NCBI GenBank assembly: GCA_029056055.1
Contig: JAIDCC010000095.1
Location: forward strand, 3,747-67,746
Reading direction: 5' to 3'
Length of the DNA stretch: 64,000 bases
Source of the DNA: Duncaniella sp.
GTDB lineage: Bacteria; Bacteroidota; Bacteroidia; Bacteroidales; Muribaculaceae
Shown: piece by piece, positions 18,698-28,119 of the stretch
Layout of the letters: each line of letters starts with the position of its first letter
How positions within the stretch are numbered: the first letter of the stretch is position 1
The notes under the pieces: model-generated
Told to the model about the DNA's origin: nothing
What the model saw: the letters and a program-made list of their open reading frames with translations, nothing else
Database searches by the model: none
Translations under genes and position numbers: made by a program

Positions 18698-20440
18698 TCA
18701 CCAGCCGGGGTTTTGCGTCAGATTGCGGTTGCGCTCAAGCTCGACGAGCGGAATCGGCCACAGCTCGTGACGCGACTGATAGGAGCGTGTGTACATGAGG
18801 TCGCCGAAAATGTCGGTGGCATCCTTGACCGAACTTTCGAGGAGTCCCCAACGGCGGAGGTCCCAGTAGCGCTGCCCTTCGCCCGCGAGTTCGAAAGCGC
18901 GTTCGCGCCTGATGCGCTGGGCCATTTCGTCTTTGGAGCCGACGGCAAGCCACTGCGGGCCGCTCGCGAGCAACGGCATCCCTGCGCGGGCGCGGATTTT
19001 GTTGACCTCGGCAATGGCCTCCGGGAGCCGCCCCGTCTCATTGTAGGCCTCGGCGAGCATCAGGATTACGTCGGCAAGACGAATGAGCGGAAATTCGTAG
19101 GGAGTGCGGTTGTATTCGCCCCAGTAGCCGTCAAGATTGCCGGTAGGAATCCACTTGCGCCAGAAGTAGGAGTTCCACCCTTCGGAGTTGCGGATGAAGG
19201 CCATAGCCTCCATGGGCGACCCCCCTTTCGACGGGTCGGCGAGCACGAATTGTTTGTCCATGGGGGTCGACCCCGCATCGGTGCCCAGATAGTGGGAGTA
19301 AGGGGTGATGACGTTGAGACAGAGGCGCGGGTCGCGCAGACGGTAGGCGTCCATCACCTTGGTGGTGTCACATTCGAGGAGGTCGGTCACCACGGTGCTT
19401 CCGGCGTCGATGGCCACCGACAACATCCGCCTTCTCGCCGCAGGGTCGGCTGCCGTGAAGCCCGGGAAACATGCGTCCCAGTCGAACGGCGACCCGTCGG
19501 CGTTCTCATACATGTCTACGAGCGTCGTCGAAGGCACGATGCTGTTGCCGGCGATGAGACGCATCGTCGACTTGTTGCCGAAATAGCCCACGATGTTGAG
19601 CGCATAGCCGGCCGTGTTGCCGTCGATGCTCTGAATTGAAAAAATCATCTCCTCGCTGCGACGGCCGTTGTAGAGCCTGAACAGCTCCTCGTAGTCGGGA
19701 TGCAGGGCATAACCGTAATCGGCGCTCCTGTCGTAGACAATCTCCTCGAAATCGGCGGCGGCTTCCTCCCATCTCCCCGCGAAGAGACAGACCTTGCCGC
19801 GCAAAGCATAGGCGGCGCCCTTCGTGGCGCGTCCGAGGTCGGCGTCGTCCCATTTCACCGGCAGTTTCGCGATAGCGTCGGTGAGGTCGTCGATGATGTG
19901 GCGGCGCAGCTCGTCGGGGGTGCAGCGGGGAGCGTCGAGGCGGGCAAACTCCTCGTTGATGTCGCACGTCTCGTCGTAGTAAGGCACCCCGCCCCAGCAG
20001 TTGAGCATACGGAAGTAGGCCATGGCCCTGAGAAACTTAGCCTCGCCGGTGACGCGCTCGATGGTCGTGGCGCTGACGGGCATCGCGGCGACATTGCGAA
20101 TCACGGTGTTGGCGCGGTGGACGAGTTCGTAGAGATACTGCCAGTGGTTTTGCACGCCAGCGCTCCCTGAGGCAAACGTCGAGCCGCGCGCGATGTCGGC
20201 CCACGGACTCACACCGTCGGCCAGGTCGCTGCACATGTCAAACGTAAACTCCATGCCGAAACACCAGTCGGCTTTCATGGCGGCATACATCCCTACGGCG
20301 GCCTGCCGCGCGTGGTCTTCTGTCTGCCAGAAGGTCTGGCCCGACAGTTGGTCGCCGGGCACGTAGTCGAGGCTTTCGCACGCGCTCGTCATGGCCGCGA
20401 GGGCGAGGATAGCCGCTTTTATTGAAAATGTCTTGTTCAC
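18698..20440 (-). CDS. SusD/RagB-family nutrient-binding outer membrane lipoprotein
   Basis: 580 aa with a lipobox (LAAMTSACES) and SusD-like blocks (RAMAYFRMLNCWGGVPYY, RFELAGEGQRYWDLRRWG). It lies immediately downstream of SusC. Confidence 0.9.
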   Translation of the reverse strand: MNKTFSIKAAILALAAMTSACESLDYVPGDQLSGQTFWQTEDHARQAAVGMYAAMKADWCFGMEFTFDMCSDLADGVSPWADIARGSTFASGSAGVQNHWQYLYELVHRANTVIRNVAAMPVSATTIERVTGEAKFLRAMAYFRMLNCWGGVPYYDETCDINEEFARLDAPRCTPDELRRHIIDDLTDAIAKLPVKWDDADLGRATKGAAYALRGKVCLFAGRWEEAAADFEEIVYDRSADYGYALHPDYEELFRLYNGRRSEEMIFSIQSIDGNTAGYALNIVGYFGNKSTMRLIAGNSIVPSTTLVDMYENADGSPFDWDACFPGFTAADPAARRRMLSVAIDAGSTVVTDLLECDTTKVMDAYRLRDPRLCLNVITPYSHYLGTDAGSTPMDKQFVLADPSKGGSPMEAMAFIRNSEGWNSYFWRKWIPTGNLDGYWGEYNRTPYEFPLIRLADVILMLAEAYNETGRLPEAIAEVNKIRARAGMPLLASGPQWLAVGSKDEMAQRIRRERAFELAGEGQRYWDLRRWGLLESSVKDATDIFGDLMYTRSYQSRHELWPIPLVELERNRNLTQNPGW

Positions 20441-20455
20441 AGGTTGATAGAGGAG

Positions 20456-23400
20456 TTAGAAGGTGACGTTAAGACCTACGGAGTACTGCCTTACGGCGGG
20501 ATAGCCTACCGTCGCGCCCACCTCGGGGTCGAGGCCGGGGAAGCGGGTCAGCGTGAAGAGATTGTCGATACTCGTGTAGACCTTGAGGTTTTCCACATAG
20601 AATTTGCGCGTCAGCTGCCGGGGCACGGTGTAGCCGAGGCGGATGTTCTTGCATCGCAGGTAGGCCGCGTTGTGGACGAACGCATCGCTGGCAATGTTGT
20701 TTTTCTCGTTGGCGCTGTTGCGCAGCACGGGATACTTCGAGGCGTAGGGATTTTCGGGTGTCCACGCATTGTCGGTGATGTCCTTGTTGAGCGACTGGCC
20801 CATGACGGTGACGAAACGGAAGGCCTGATTGTTGTAGTAGACCTGATGGGAGCCAACGCCCTGAAAGAGCACCCCGAAGTCAAATCCGTTCCACTCAAGG
20901 CCGAGGTTGGCGCCATACGAGAGGCGCGGCACGGTGCCGTGGCCTATCTCCACGCGGTCGTTGGCGTCGAGCTTGCCGTCGCCGTTGGCATCGCGATAGA
21001 GGAAATCGCCCAATTCGGGGCGCTGATAGGTGGCGAAGTAGTCGGGATTGCGCTCGACGAGACTCTCCACGTAGGCCAGGTCGGCCTCGTCGCGCACGAT
21101 GCGGTCTACGGTAATGACGTAGAGCTGATTGATGGGGCGACCCTCCTGCGTCTTGTAGACACCGTCGACCGAGGGCACGTCGCCCTGAAACTTCGTCACC
21201 TTGTTGGTGACAAATCCGAGGTTGAACCCTACGGAGTATGACACCTTGCCGATGCGGTCGTTCCAATGGAGGTCGACTTCGAAGCCCTTGTTGTTGACCT
21301 CGCCGGCGTTGCGGTTCGGCACGACGCTCGTGCCGTGCTCGAGCGGAGCGGGAAGAGAGATGAGGATGCCGCGGGTGTCTTTGGTATAGATGTCGACAGA
21401 GCCGCTCAGGCGGTTGTTGAGAAAAGCGAAGTCGAGTCCGGCGTTGGTCATGGCTGTCTTCTCCCACGTCAGGTCGGGGTTAGCGAGGATGGTCTGCGCG
21501 AGGCCCCCGGCTATCGAGCCGTTGAGGATGTAGTTGGCCGTGGCGAAGAGCGACTGATACATGTAATAGCTCGTCGTGGCGTTGTTGCCGAGCGTGCCGT
21601 AGGAGAAACGGAGTTTCAGATGGTTGAGCCACGCCGCCGCGCTTTCCATGAATCGCTCCTGCGAGATGCGCCACCCCGCCGAGACCGAGGGGAAGTAGCC
21701 GCGGCGGCGGCCGGGCGCGAACTTCGACGACGAATCGGCGCGCAGGTTGGCTTCGAGCAGGTATCGGTCGTCCCAATTGAGGTTGACACGTCCGAACACC
21801 GAGCGCATGGCCCATTCGTCATAATTGCCGGTGATGTTGCCGTTGGTGGTGCCGGCGTCGATAGCTCCGAGCGAGGGGTCGACGAGGTCGTATTTGATGT
21901 AGTAATCGTGGTCATACTTATTGTATTCCTGACTCATGCCGGCTAGGAGGTCGATTTGGAGCGCACCGGCTGTGATGCCGTAGCGGGCGGTCAGTTCCGA
22001 CTGCCGGAAATAGTTCTTGTAGTTGTAGCGGCGGATGTAGGTGCGCACCTTTCCCTCGCGTATCAGCACGGGGCCGTCGAAGGTGAAGCGGAAGAGGTCG
22101 CGGTCTGTGAGATGGTGCTCGACGTTTCGCTCCCAGTTGTTGAGCGAGAACGACCCTTCGATGACGAGGCGTTTGACAGGCTCCAGGCGTCCGTAAAGCT
22201 TCAGCACCGTGCGGCGCGTCTTCACGGGATAGTCGGTGTCGTAGAACCACTGACGGCGGTAGGGGTTGAAGTTGCTGACGTTTTCTTCCTCGGGGTTCTG
22301 AATGCCGCCGTAGAGACCTGTGGCGGGGTCGTAGAGCGTCATGCCGGGCACGGTGTTGAAGGCGCCCGACCCGAAAATCACGTCGCCGCCGGCTGCGGCG
22401 TTTTCCGACGAGGGGTTGTTGCGGTCGATGAAGCCGAAGATGTTTGCGCCCAGGGCGAGCCACGGTTTGACGTTGACCTCGAGATTGGAGCGCAGCTGAT
22501 AGCGGCGGTAGTCGGTGTAGTAAATCATGCCGGGATTGTCGACCAGGCCGAGCGAGAGATTGTATCTCACCAGAGCCGAGCCACCGGTGACCGAGAGATT
22601 GTGGGTCTGCACCACCGAGGGGTTGCGATAGATGTGGTCTTGCCAGTCGGTGTTGGGATAGATGGTGGGATTGCGTCCGGCGTCGTTGCGCCACTCGTCG
22701 ATTTTGCCCTGCGAGAAACGGGGAGCCTGGCCGTTGACTACGAGCGCGGCATTCTGTATGGTCATGAAGTCGGCATAGTCGGTGACGAGATTGAGGCGTT
22801 TGGCCACGGTCTCGAAAGAGACGTTGCCGCTGTATGTGACCCGCGGCGCGCGTTCGGCTCCGCGGCGCGTGGTGACGAGTATCACGCCGTTGGCGGCGCG
22901 CGAACCGTAAATGGCCGCCGAGGCGGCGTCCTTGAGCACCGAGACGTTCTCGATGTCTTGCGGATTGATGTCGCTCAGGGCTATTCCTGTCATGCCGTCG
23001 ACCACCACGAGCGGAGCGGCGTTGTTGAGCGTGCCCTGACCGCGCACGAGGATGCTCTGGGCTTCGAAACCGGGGGTGTTGCCGCCCGAATTGGTCACGG
23101 AGAGTCCGGGGGCGAGTCCGGCGAGGGCCGAGGTGATGTTTGTCACGGGGCGGTCGGCGAGGTCGCCTACGTTGACCGAGGCCACCGCTCCGGTCATGTC
23201 GACACGCTTCTGCGTGGCGTAGCCGACGACGACCACTTCGTCGAGCAAAGCGTCGTCGGTCTGCATCACGATGGAGTAGTCGCTCTGTCCGGCCACGACC
23301 TTGGCTTCGGCCGGCTTCATTCCGAGAAACGAGGCCTGCAGGGTGCTTCCCGCCGCGACACCGTCGATGGTGAAACGGCCGTCGGCATCGGTCATCGCGC

Positions 23401-23581
23401 TCTTCGACGTATCGCCCGCGATGGTGACTACAGCCCCGGCCACAGGCTGCCCGGCGGCGTCGGCCACAATGCCCGTCACCGCCCCGTCCCTATCCCCGGC
23501 GGCGTCACCGGCCGCAGCCGGCATCACCGCCGAGGCGAGGAGGCAGAGAATGAATAATGAAATTCTCAGAGTATTGCTCAT
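20456..23581 (-). CDS. SusC/RagA-family TonB-dependent outer membrane transporter
   Basis: A signal peptide is followed by a carboxypeptidase-regulatory-like domain (VTGIVADAAGQPVAGAVVTIAG), a plug (VVVGYATQKR, GSRAANGVILVTTRRG) and a terminal beta-strand ending in F. Start MSNTLRIS at 23581. Confidence 0.9.
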   Translation of the reverse strand: MSNTLRISLFILCLLASAVMPAAAGDAAGDRDGAVTGIVADAAGQPVAGAVVTIAGDTSKSAMTDADGRFTIDGVAAGSTLQASFLGMKPAEAKVVAGQSDYSIVMQTDDALLDEVVVVGYATQKRVDMTGAVASVNVGDLADRPVTNITSALAGLAPGLSVTNSGGNTPGFEAQSILVRGQGTLNNAAPLVVVDGMTGIALSDINPQDIENVSVLKDAASAAIYGSRAANGVILVTTRRGAERAPRVTYSGNVSFETVAKRLNLVTDYADFMTIQNAALVVNGQAPRFSQGKIDEWRNDAGRNPTIYPNTDWQDHIYRNPSVVQTHNLSVTGGSALVRYNLSLGLVDNPGMIYYTDYRRYQLRSNLEVNVKPWLALGANIFGFIDRNNPSSENAAAGGDVIFGSGAFNTVPGMTLYDPATGLYGGIQNPEEENVSNFNPYRRQWFYDTDYPVKTRRTVLKLYGRLEPVKRLVIEGSFSLNNWERNVEHHLTDRDLFRFTFDGPVLIREGKVRTYIRRYNYKNYFRQSELTARYGITAGALQIDLLAGMSQEYNKYDHDYYIKYDLVDPSLGAIDAGTTNGNITGNYDEWAMRSVFGRVNLNWDDRYLLEANLRADSSSKFAPGRRRGYFPSVSAGWRISQERFMESAAAWLNHLKLRFSYGTLGNNATTSYYMYQSLFATANYILNGSIAGGLAQTILANPDLTWEKTAMTNAGLDFAFLNNRLSGSVDIYTKDTRGILISLPAPLEHGTSVVPNRNAGEVNNKGFEVDLHWNDRIGKVSYSVGFNLGFVTNKVTKFQGDVPSVDGVYKTQEGRPINQLYVITVDRIVRDEADLAYVESLVERNPDYFATYQRPELGDFLYRDANGDGKLDANDRVEIGHGTVPRLSYGANLGLEWNGFDFGVLFQGVGSHQVYYNNQAFRFVTVMGQSLNKDITDNAWTPENPYASKYPVLRNSANEKNNIASDAFVHNAAYLRCKNIRLGYTVPRQLTRKFYVENLKVYTSIDNLFTLTRFPGLDPEVGATVGYPAVRQYSVGLNVTF

Positions 23582-23659
23582 GTAAAGAAAAGGTCTGAAA
23601 GAAAAAGTAATGTGTGATAAGGTGTGTGTGTTGTGAGACTGCAAAACTGTGAGAAATCA

Positions 23660-24526
23660 TTAGTCAATCTGCACGACGAGGTAGTTTGACAGGCTCCAGA
23701 ATTGCTCTGGATTGTTGATGGTGAGCAGGGCCGAATCGCCCTCGGCCGTCAGGACATACGAAGCTTCGGGATGGTTGGAGAGGATGCGGGCCTTGCGCGA
23801 ACCGAGCGGCAGCGACCTCAGCAGACGCTTGTCGCCCGTCTCGAATGTATCGTTGTCGAAGTGGCCTTTCATCAGTTTGGTGTTGCGCAGGAAGCCTGTC
23901 TCGATGATGTTGAGTTGCTTCAGGCGCGATTTCGGAGCCACGATGTAATAGCAGAGGTTGAGGCGGTTTTCGAGTCGTTCGGAGCGGAGTTTGGCTGTGT
24001 CGAGCTCGTTAGTGACGTTGACCACTTCGGTGTTGAGCGAGTCTACCTCGTCGGCCAGGGCGGCGATGTGGAGGTTTGCCGAGAGGAGTTGCTGCTTGAG
24101 CGTCTCGATTTTTGCCATCTGCGAGTCGATTTGTTTGCGCAGGGCGTTGACAATCTCCTTGAGCTCGGCATTGTTGAGCGTAGAGTTGGCCAGTTCCTGC
24201 TCTGTGGCGGCGAGACGCTCGCGGCGCTTCACCATAGTGTGCTTCATGACCTCTATGTCTTTCAGAATGTGCGAGCGCACGCTGTCGGCGCCTCCGGGGT
24301 GCGAGAAGGTAAGCGCCATCGAGTCGTCCATGTTTTTGATGTGGTCGAGGTCGGCCGAAATCTCCTTGACGAGCGCAAGCAGACGGTCGCGCTCCTGCAC
24401 GGCAAGGGCCAGCTCCTGCTTGGATGTCTCCATGAGGGTCTGCTGTCCGCTGTAGTTATTGCTCTCGCACGAGGCGAGGAGTGCAGCCGCGATGACTGCC
24501 GGGACGAATGAAAGCGTAATGCGCAT
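23660..24526 (-). CDS. Coiled-coil lipoprotein, family not recognised
   Basis: 288 aa with a lipobox (ALLASCES) and a long heptad-like central region (LKEIVNALRKQIDSQMAKIETLKQQLLSANLHIAALADEVDSLN). Confidence 0.6.
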   Translation of the reverse strand: MRITLSFVPAVIAAALLASCESNNYSGQQTLMETSKQELALAVQERDRLLALVKEISADLDHIKNMDDSMALTFSHPGGADSVRSHILKDIEVMKHTMVKRRERLAATEQELANSTLNNAELKEIVNALRKQIDSQMAKIETLKQQLLSANLHIAALADEVDSLNTEVVNVTNELDTAKLRSERLENRLNLCYYIVAPKSRLKQLNIIETGFLRNTKLMKGHFDNDTFETGDKRLLRSLPLGSRKARILSNHPEASYVLTAEGDSALLTINNPEQFWSLSNYLVVQID

Positions 24527-24538
24527 CTGTGTTCTGAA

Positions 24539-24720
24539 AAGTAAGTGAGAAAAATAAATGAACAGATAAAAGGAAGTTTTTTTGAGATGATTTGAGGTTT
24601 GAGTGAAGAAGCATAGCGAGCTATGCGACTGAACGAAAGGCTCAAAGCATCCAAAAAGAACGAGTTTTATTGTTCAAGAATTTTTTATCACATATATCGT
24701 TTTATTTTTTGAACTTACTT
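24539..24720. repeat. Interspersed nested-palindromic repeat, copy 2
   Basis: Same orientation as copy 1 and near-identical. It starts 12 nt upstream of the ATG (24526) of the minus-strand lipoprotein gene. Its flanking dinucleotides are AA/TT rather than TA/TA. Confidence 0.9.
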
Positions 24721-24841
24721 TTAATAGATTTGTGTGCAAATTTCCTTATAAAATTCGTAACGGCGCAAGGTTTGTCAATAAACGCCCGATAAGTGTCAAC
24801 CGAGGAAAGGCGTCAAATTTGGCGGCGTTTGAAAGATTGCG

Positions 24842-24849
24842 TAATTTTG
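24842..24849 (+). promoter_or_regulatory. -7 promoter box TAATTTTG
   Basis: Exact TAnnTTTG only 5 nt before the ATG at 24854. This implies a leaderless or very short-leader mRNA, or a downstream start. Confidence 0.4.
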
Positions 24850-24853
24850 CATC

Positions 24854-25882
24854 ATGAAATCTTTTGAAAATAAGACGAGTCTGATTTTAGACCTCTTCTT
24901 CTGCATAGTGCTTTGCCCGCTGCTCATGACGCTGGGGCCGATGCGCTACTGGTGGGGGCAGTATCCGGTGTTTGCCGCTATCGTGGCGGTCTACCTGTAT
25001 CTGTGCTATTTCGCCATCAAAAGAATTCGTCTGCCGCGGCTGATACTTTCGCGCTCCTACCTTCGCCTGGCGGGCGTGGTGGCGGGCTTCGTCGCGGCCA
25101 CCTACCTCATCACCCTCTACCCCCTGCCCGACGTAGATTTCGTGATACCTTCGATGAGCGAGTATCAGACGAGGGTGAGAAACTACAACATGGCTGTCTC
25201 GACATGGTTTATGGTCACCATCGTTCTGAGCTATTCGCTGACGGTGGTGTTCGTCGACGAACTCTATCACAAAATGCTGCTCCAGAGCATCGCCGAAAAC
25301 CAGCGTCAGAAAGCCGAGCTGGCCGCCTTCAAGGCTCAAATCAGTCCCCACTTTCTCTTCAACACGCTCAATTCGCTCTACAGTCTCGTCATCGGGACGT
25401 CGGAGAAAGCCGAGGATGCTTTCGTCAAATTCACCGAACTGCTCAAGTACACCTACGTCACCGTCGACAACGAGAGCGTGCCCCTGAGCGAAGAGATAGC
25501 CTACATCCGCAATTACATCGACCTGCAGATGATACGTCTCGACGACCACACGACAGTGGAATGGGACTGCCGAGTCGACGACCCCGACACGATGATTCCG
25601 CCCATGATTTTTCTCACTTTCGTAGAGAATGCCTTCAAATACGGCACGTCGACGAGCGTAGCCGCAAAGGTAGCAATCTCTCTCGAGCTGAAAGAAAAGG
25701 CGCTCACCTTCGCCACCTCAAACCGCATCCTGCGCCACCGCCGCGAATTTAACACCGACATGCCTGTGGGGCTTGTCAACTGCCGCAACCGTCTGGCCGG
25801 ACTCTTTCCCGGAAAACATTCGCTGACGAGCGAAGAGACCGACGGGACATACAGAGTGGAATTGAAAATCGACCTCAATTAA
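24854..25882 (+). CDS. LytS/YehU-type sensor histidine kinase
   Basis: Four or five N-terminal TM segments, then the His_kinase motif AQISPHFLFNTLNSLYSL and an ATPase N-box (FVENAFKYG). Confidence 0.85.
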   Translation: MKSFENKTSLILDLFFCIVLCPLLMTLGPMRYWWGQYPVFAAIVAVYLYLCYFAIKRIRLPRLILSRSYLRLAGVVAGFVAATYLITLYPLPDVDFVIPSMSEYQTRVRNYNMAVSTWFMVTIVLSYSLTVVFVDELYHKMLLQSIAENQRQKAELAAFKAQISPHFLFNTLNSLYSLVIGTSEKAEDAFVKFTELLKYTYVTVDNESVPLSEEIAYIRNYIDLQMIRLDDHTTVEWDCRVDDPDTMIPPMIFLTFVENAFKYGTSTSVAAKVAISLELKEKALTFATSNRILRHRREFNTDMPVGLVNCRNRLAGLFPGKHSLTSEETDGTYRVELKIDLN

Positions 25883-25912
25883 GTAAGTAAGCAAGTAAGC
25901 AAGTTCTATAAA
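25879..25912. repeat. Degenerate terminal-repeat remnant of the interspersed element
   Basis: TTAAGTAAGTAAGCAAGTAAGCAAGTTCTATAAA resembles the TAAGTAAGTTCTAAAAATAAA terminus. It supplies the TAA stop (25880-25882) of the kinase gene. Confidence 0.5.
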
Positions 25913-25922
25913 TCAACCGCCT

Positions 25923-26600
25923 ATGGGAGCTACAATCAAATGTGTCGCGATAGACGACGAACCCCTCGCGCTCGACATCATCAGAAACTTCTGTCAACGT
26001 CTGGGGGGAATTGAAATCACCACCTTCACACAGCCCCTCGAAGGCTTCAACCACATCGTCGACACCCGTCCCGACGTGGTGTTTCTCGACATCGAGATGG
26101 GCGACGTCGACGGGCTCTCGATAGCGCGGCGGCTGCCGGCGGAGACTTGCTTCATCTTCACCACCGCCTACCTGCGCTACGCGCTCGACGGGTTTGACCT
26201 CGACGCCGTAGACTATCTGCACAAGCCCTTCTCGTATGCCCGCTTTCAGGCGGCGTTCAACAAGGCCATCCGCCGCCTCGGGCAAAACCAGATTCAGTCG
26301 TCGGGGCAGAGCATCGTGGTCAAGCAGGACTACAACAACATCAGCATCCCCATCGACGACATCATCTATGTCGAGGCGATGGAAGGCTATTCCAAAATCT
26401 TCCGTCTGTCGGGCAACTGCGTCGTGACGCGACTGATTTTGAAAAACCTCCTGCAACTGCTCCCGGAAACCGATTTCGTGAGAGTGCATCGCTCGTTTGT
26501 GGTGAACCGCTCGAAAATCCGGACGTTCAGCCGCACGAAAATCACCCTCACCAACGGCGTCGAAATTCCTGTGGGCCGACTCTATGCGTCGACATTGTGA
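25923..26600 (+). CDS. LytR/AlgR-family response regulator (receiver + LytTR DNA-binding domain)
   Basis: Receiver domain (CVAIDDEPLAL...VVFLDIEMGDVDG) and C-terminal LytTR (IIYVEAMEGYSKIF...FVRVHRSFVVN). Confidence 0.9.
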   Translation: MGATIKCVAIDDEPLALDIIRNFCQRLGGIEITTFTQPLEGFNHIVDTRPDVVFLDIEMGDVDGLSIARRLPAETCFIFTTAYLRYALDGFDLDAVDYLHKPFSYARFQAAFNKAIRRLGQNQIQSSGQSIVVKQDYNNISIPIDDIIYVEAMEGYSKIFRLSGNCVVTRLILKNLLQLLPETDFVRVHRSFVVNRSKIRTFSRTKITLTNGVEIPVGRLYASTL

Positions 26601-26653
26601 CAGAAACCTATGACCCGTCGGGGAGGGTGATTTCAGAACGAGAGCGATGGATG

Positions 26654-27838
26654 TCAATCCGGGATTTTTTCTACGATTTTGTAGGCGGCGAGGCTGCCGA
26701 GGTCGGCGGCTTTGCGTGCATACTTGTCGGCCTTCGAGGCGTTGGCCGTGACGCCGTGACCATGACGATACATGTCGGCCATGCGCTCGTAGACGAGGGC
26801 CATTGCGGGTGCTGGGAGCGAGGTGTCGTGGTCAATGAGGTATTCGTAGCACTTGCGCACCAGCTCGTAATTTCGGTTGAGGAATTCGTCGTTGTAGCTC
26901 ATGCTGCCCAGATAGAACAGCGACCAGGGGTCGCCCTTCTCGGCGGCCTCGTCGCGTGCGGCGAGCCCCTGCTTGAAGCCTTCCTTGTAGATGGGAGTGG
27001 CTGCGATGTTGTTGCCATACTTGTCGTTCCACGAATTGGCCAAAGCAAACGAATTGAGCATGAAGGCCGTCTGCTTGTCGTCGCCGAAGCGCTCGCCGCG
27101 CAGGGGGAGCTGGAGGTTGGTGCGGGCGAAATCACTGCCGAGGTCGCCGGCTATGTAGGTCCAGACGAAGGCATCGGGCATGTTGACTTTGCCATACCAC
27201 TGTTTCTGAAGCGCTGCGCCATATTTCTGGGCACCGCTCGCATTGCCGCTCTGCGCGGCGCGGCGGTAGAAGTCGAGCGCTTTCGTGCGGTCTTTCTTCA
27301 CGCCGTGACCGTCGGCATACATTCCGCCGAGCATCGTGAGGGCAAGGGGAAGGTGGTCGGAGCCGGCGGCGTTGAAGGCTTTGAGCGCCTTGGCGTAATC
27401 GTCTTTGGAGGCGTAGTAGATGCCGAGGTAGTCGGAAGCATCGCGCGAGCCTGAGGAGGCGGCTGACTGGAGCAGGCTCACACCCTCGGCTTCCTTGCCG
27501 GGAAACATGTAGGCTGTGCGCGAGTAGGCGTAGAGGAAACCGAGTTCGGCCTTGGCGCGGTCGCTCTTGTCGGTCACGAGGCTGAGGCATTTGGCGGCCA
27601 GCTGCGGACTCCACACTTTGTGGTAGAGCGCTTTGTCGACCACGGCGTCGGGAGTGAGAGAGCCCTGCGCATAGGCTTTGCGCACCGATTCATAGAGGGC
27701 GTCGGCTTTCTGCTGCGCGGCGGGAGAGACGGTGACGTGGACTTCTTCGGGAGAGATGTATCGGCGTTGCGACGAAGTCTTGGCTTGGGCGGCTCCGGCG
27801 AGTGCCAGAACGGCGATGAGGAGGAAAATCTTTTTCAT
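26654..27838 (-). CDS. Sel1/TPR-repeat secreted protein
   Basis: Signal peptide, then repeated Sel1-like units (GxxYxxGxGVxKDxxKAxxYYRRAAxxG). Confidence 0.7.
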   Translation of the reverse strand: MKKIFLLIAVLALAGAAQAKTSSQRRYISPEEVHVTVSPAAQQKADALYESVRKAYAQGSLTPDAVVDKALYHKVWSPQLAAKCLSLVTDKSDRAKAELGFLYAYSRTAYMFPGKEAEGVSLLQSAASSGSRDASDYLGIYYASKDDYAKALKAFNAAGSDHLPLALTMLGGMYADGHGVKKDRTKALDFYRRAAQSGNASGAQKYGAALQKQWYGKVNMPDAFVWTYIAGDLGSDFARTNLQLPLRGERFGDDKQTAFMLNSFALANSWNDKYGNNIAATPIYKEGFKQGLAARDEAAEKGDPWSLFYLGSMSYNDEFLNRNYELVRKCYEYLIDHDTSLPAPAMALVYERMADMYRHGHGVTANASKADKYARKAADLGSLAAYKIVEKIPD

Positions 27839-28062
27839 TCTGTCAAGGAGGATGAGTGTGTGTGATGAATTAGCGTAGTGGAGGCGGAAAATGGTCGTTT
27901 CTACCTTATATCATGAAAACACCTGAAAATTAAGGAAAGTTCAGCGTTTTTTACATTTCTCAGCCGAACACTTCATCGAGCACGAGATGCTCCGCCAAAC
28001 GCTGTGACAGGATTGTTTTACCTTCCGCCAGAATTATGACACGAGTTGTAGGGATTTCCCGT

Positions 28063-28070
28063 TAATTTTG
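28063..28070 (+). promoter_or_regulatory. -7 promoter box TAATTTTG
   Basis: Exact TAnnTTTG, 50 nt upstream of the GH43 ATG. Confidence 0.5.
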
Positions 28071-28119
28071 CATCTGAATCAATCAACATCCATGACTAAC
28101 TAATCACAACTTCACAAGA

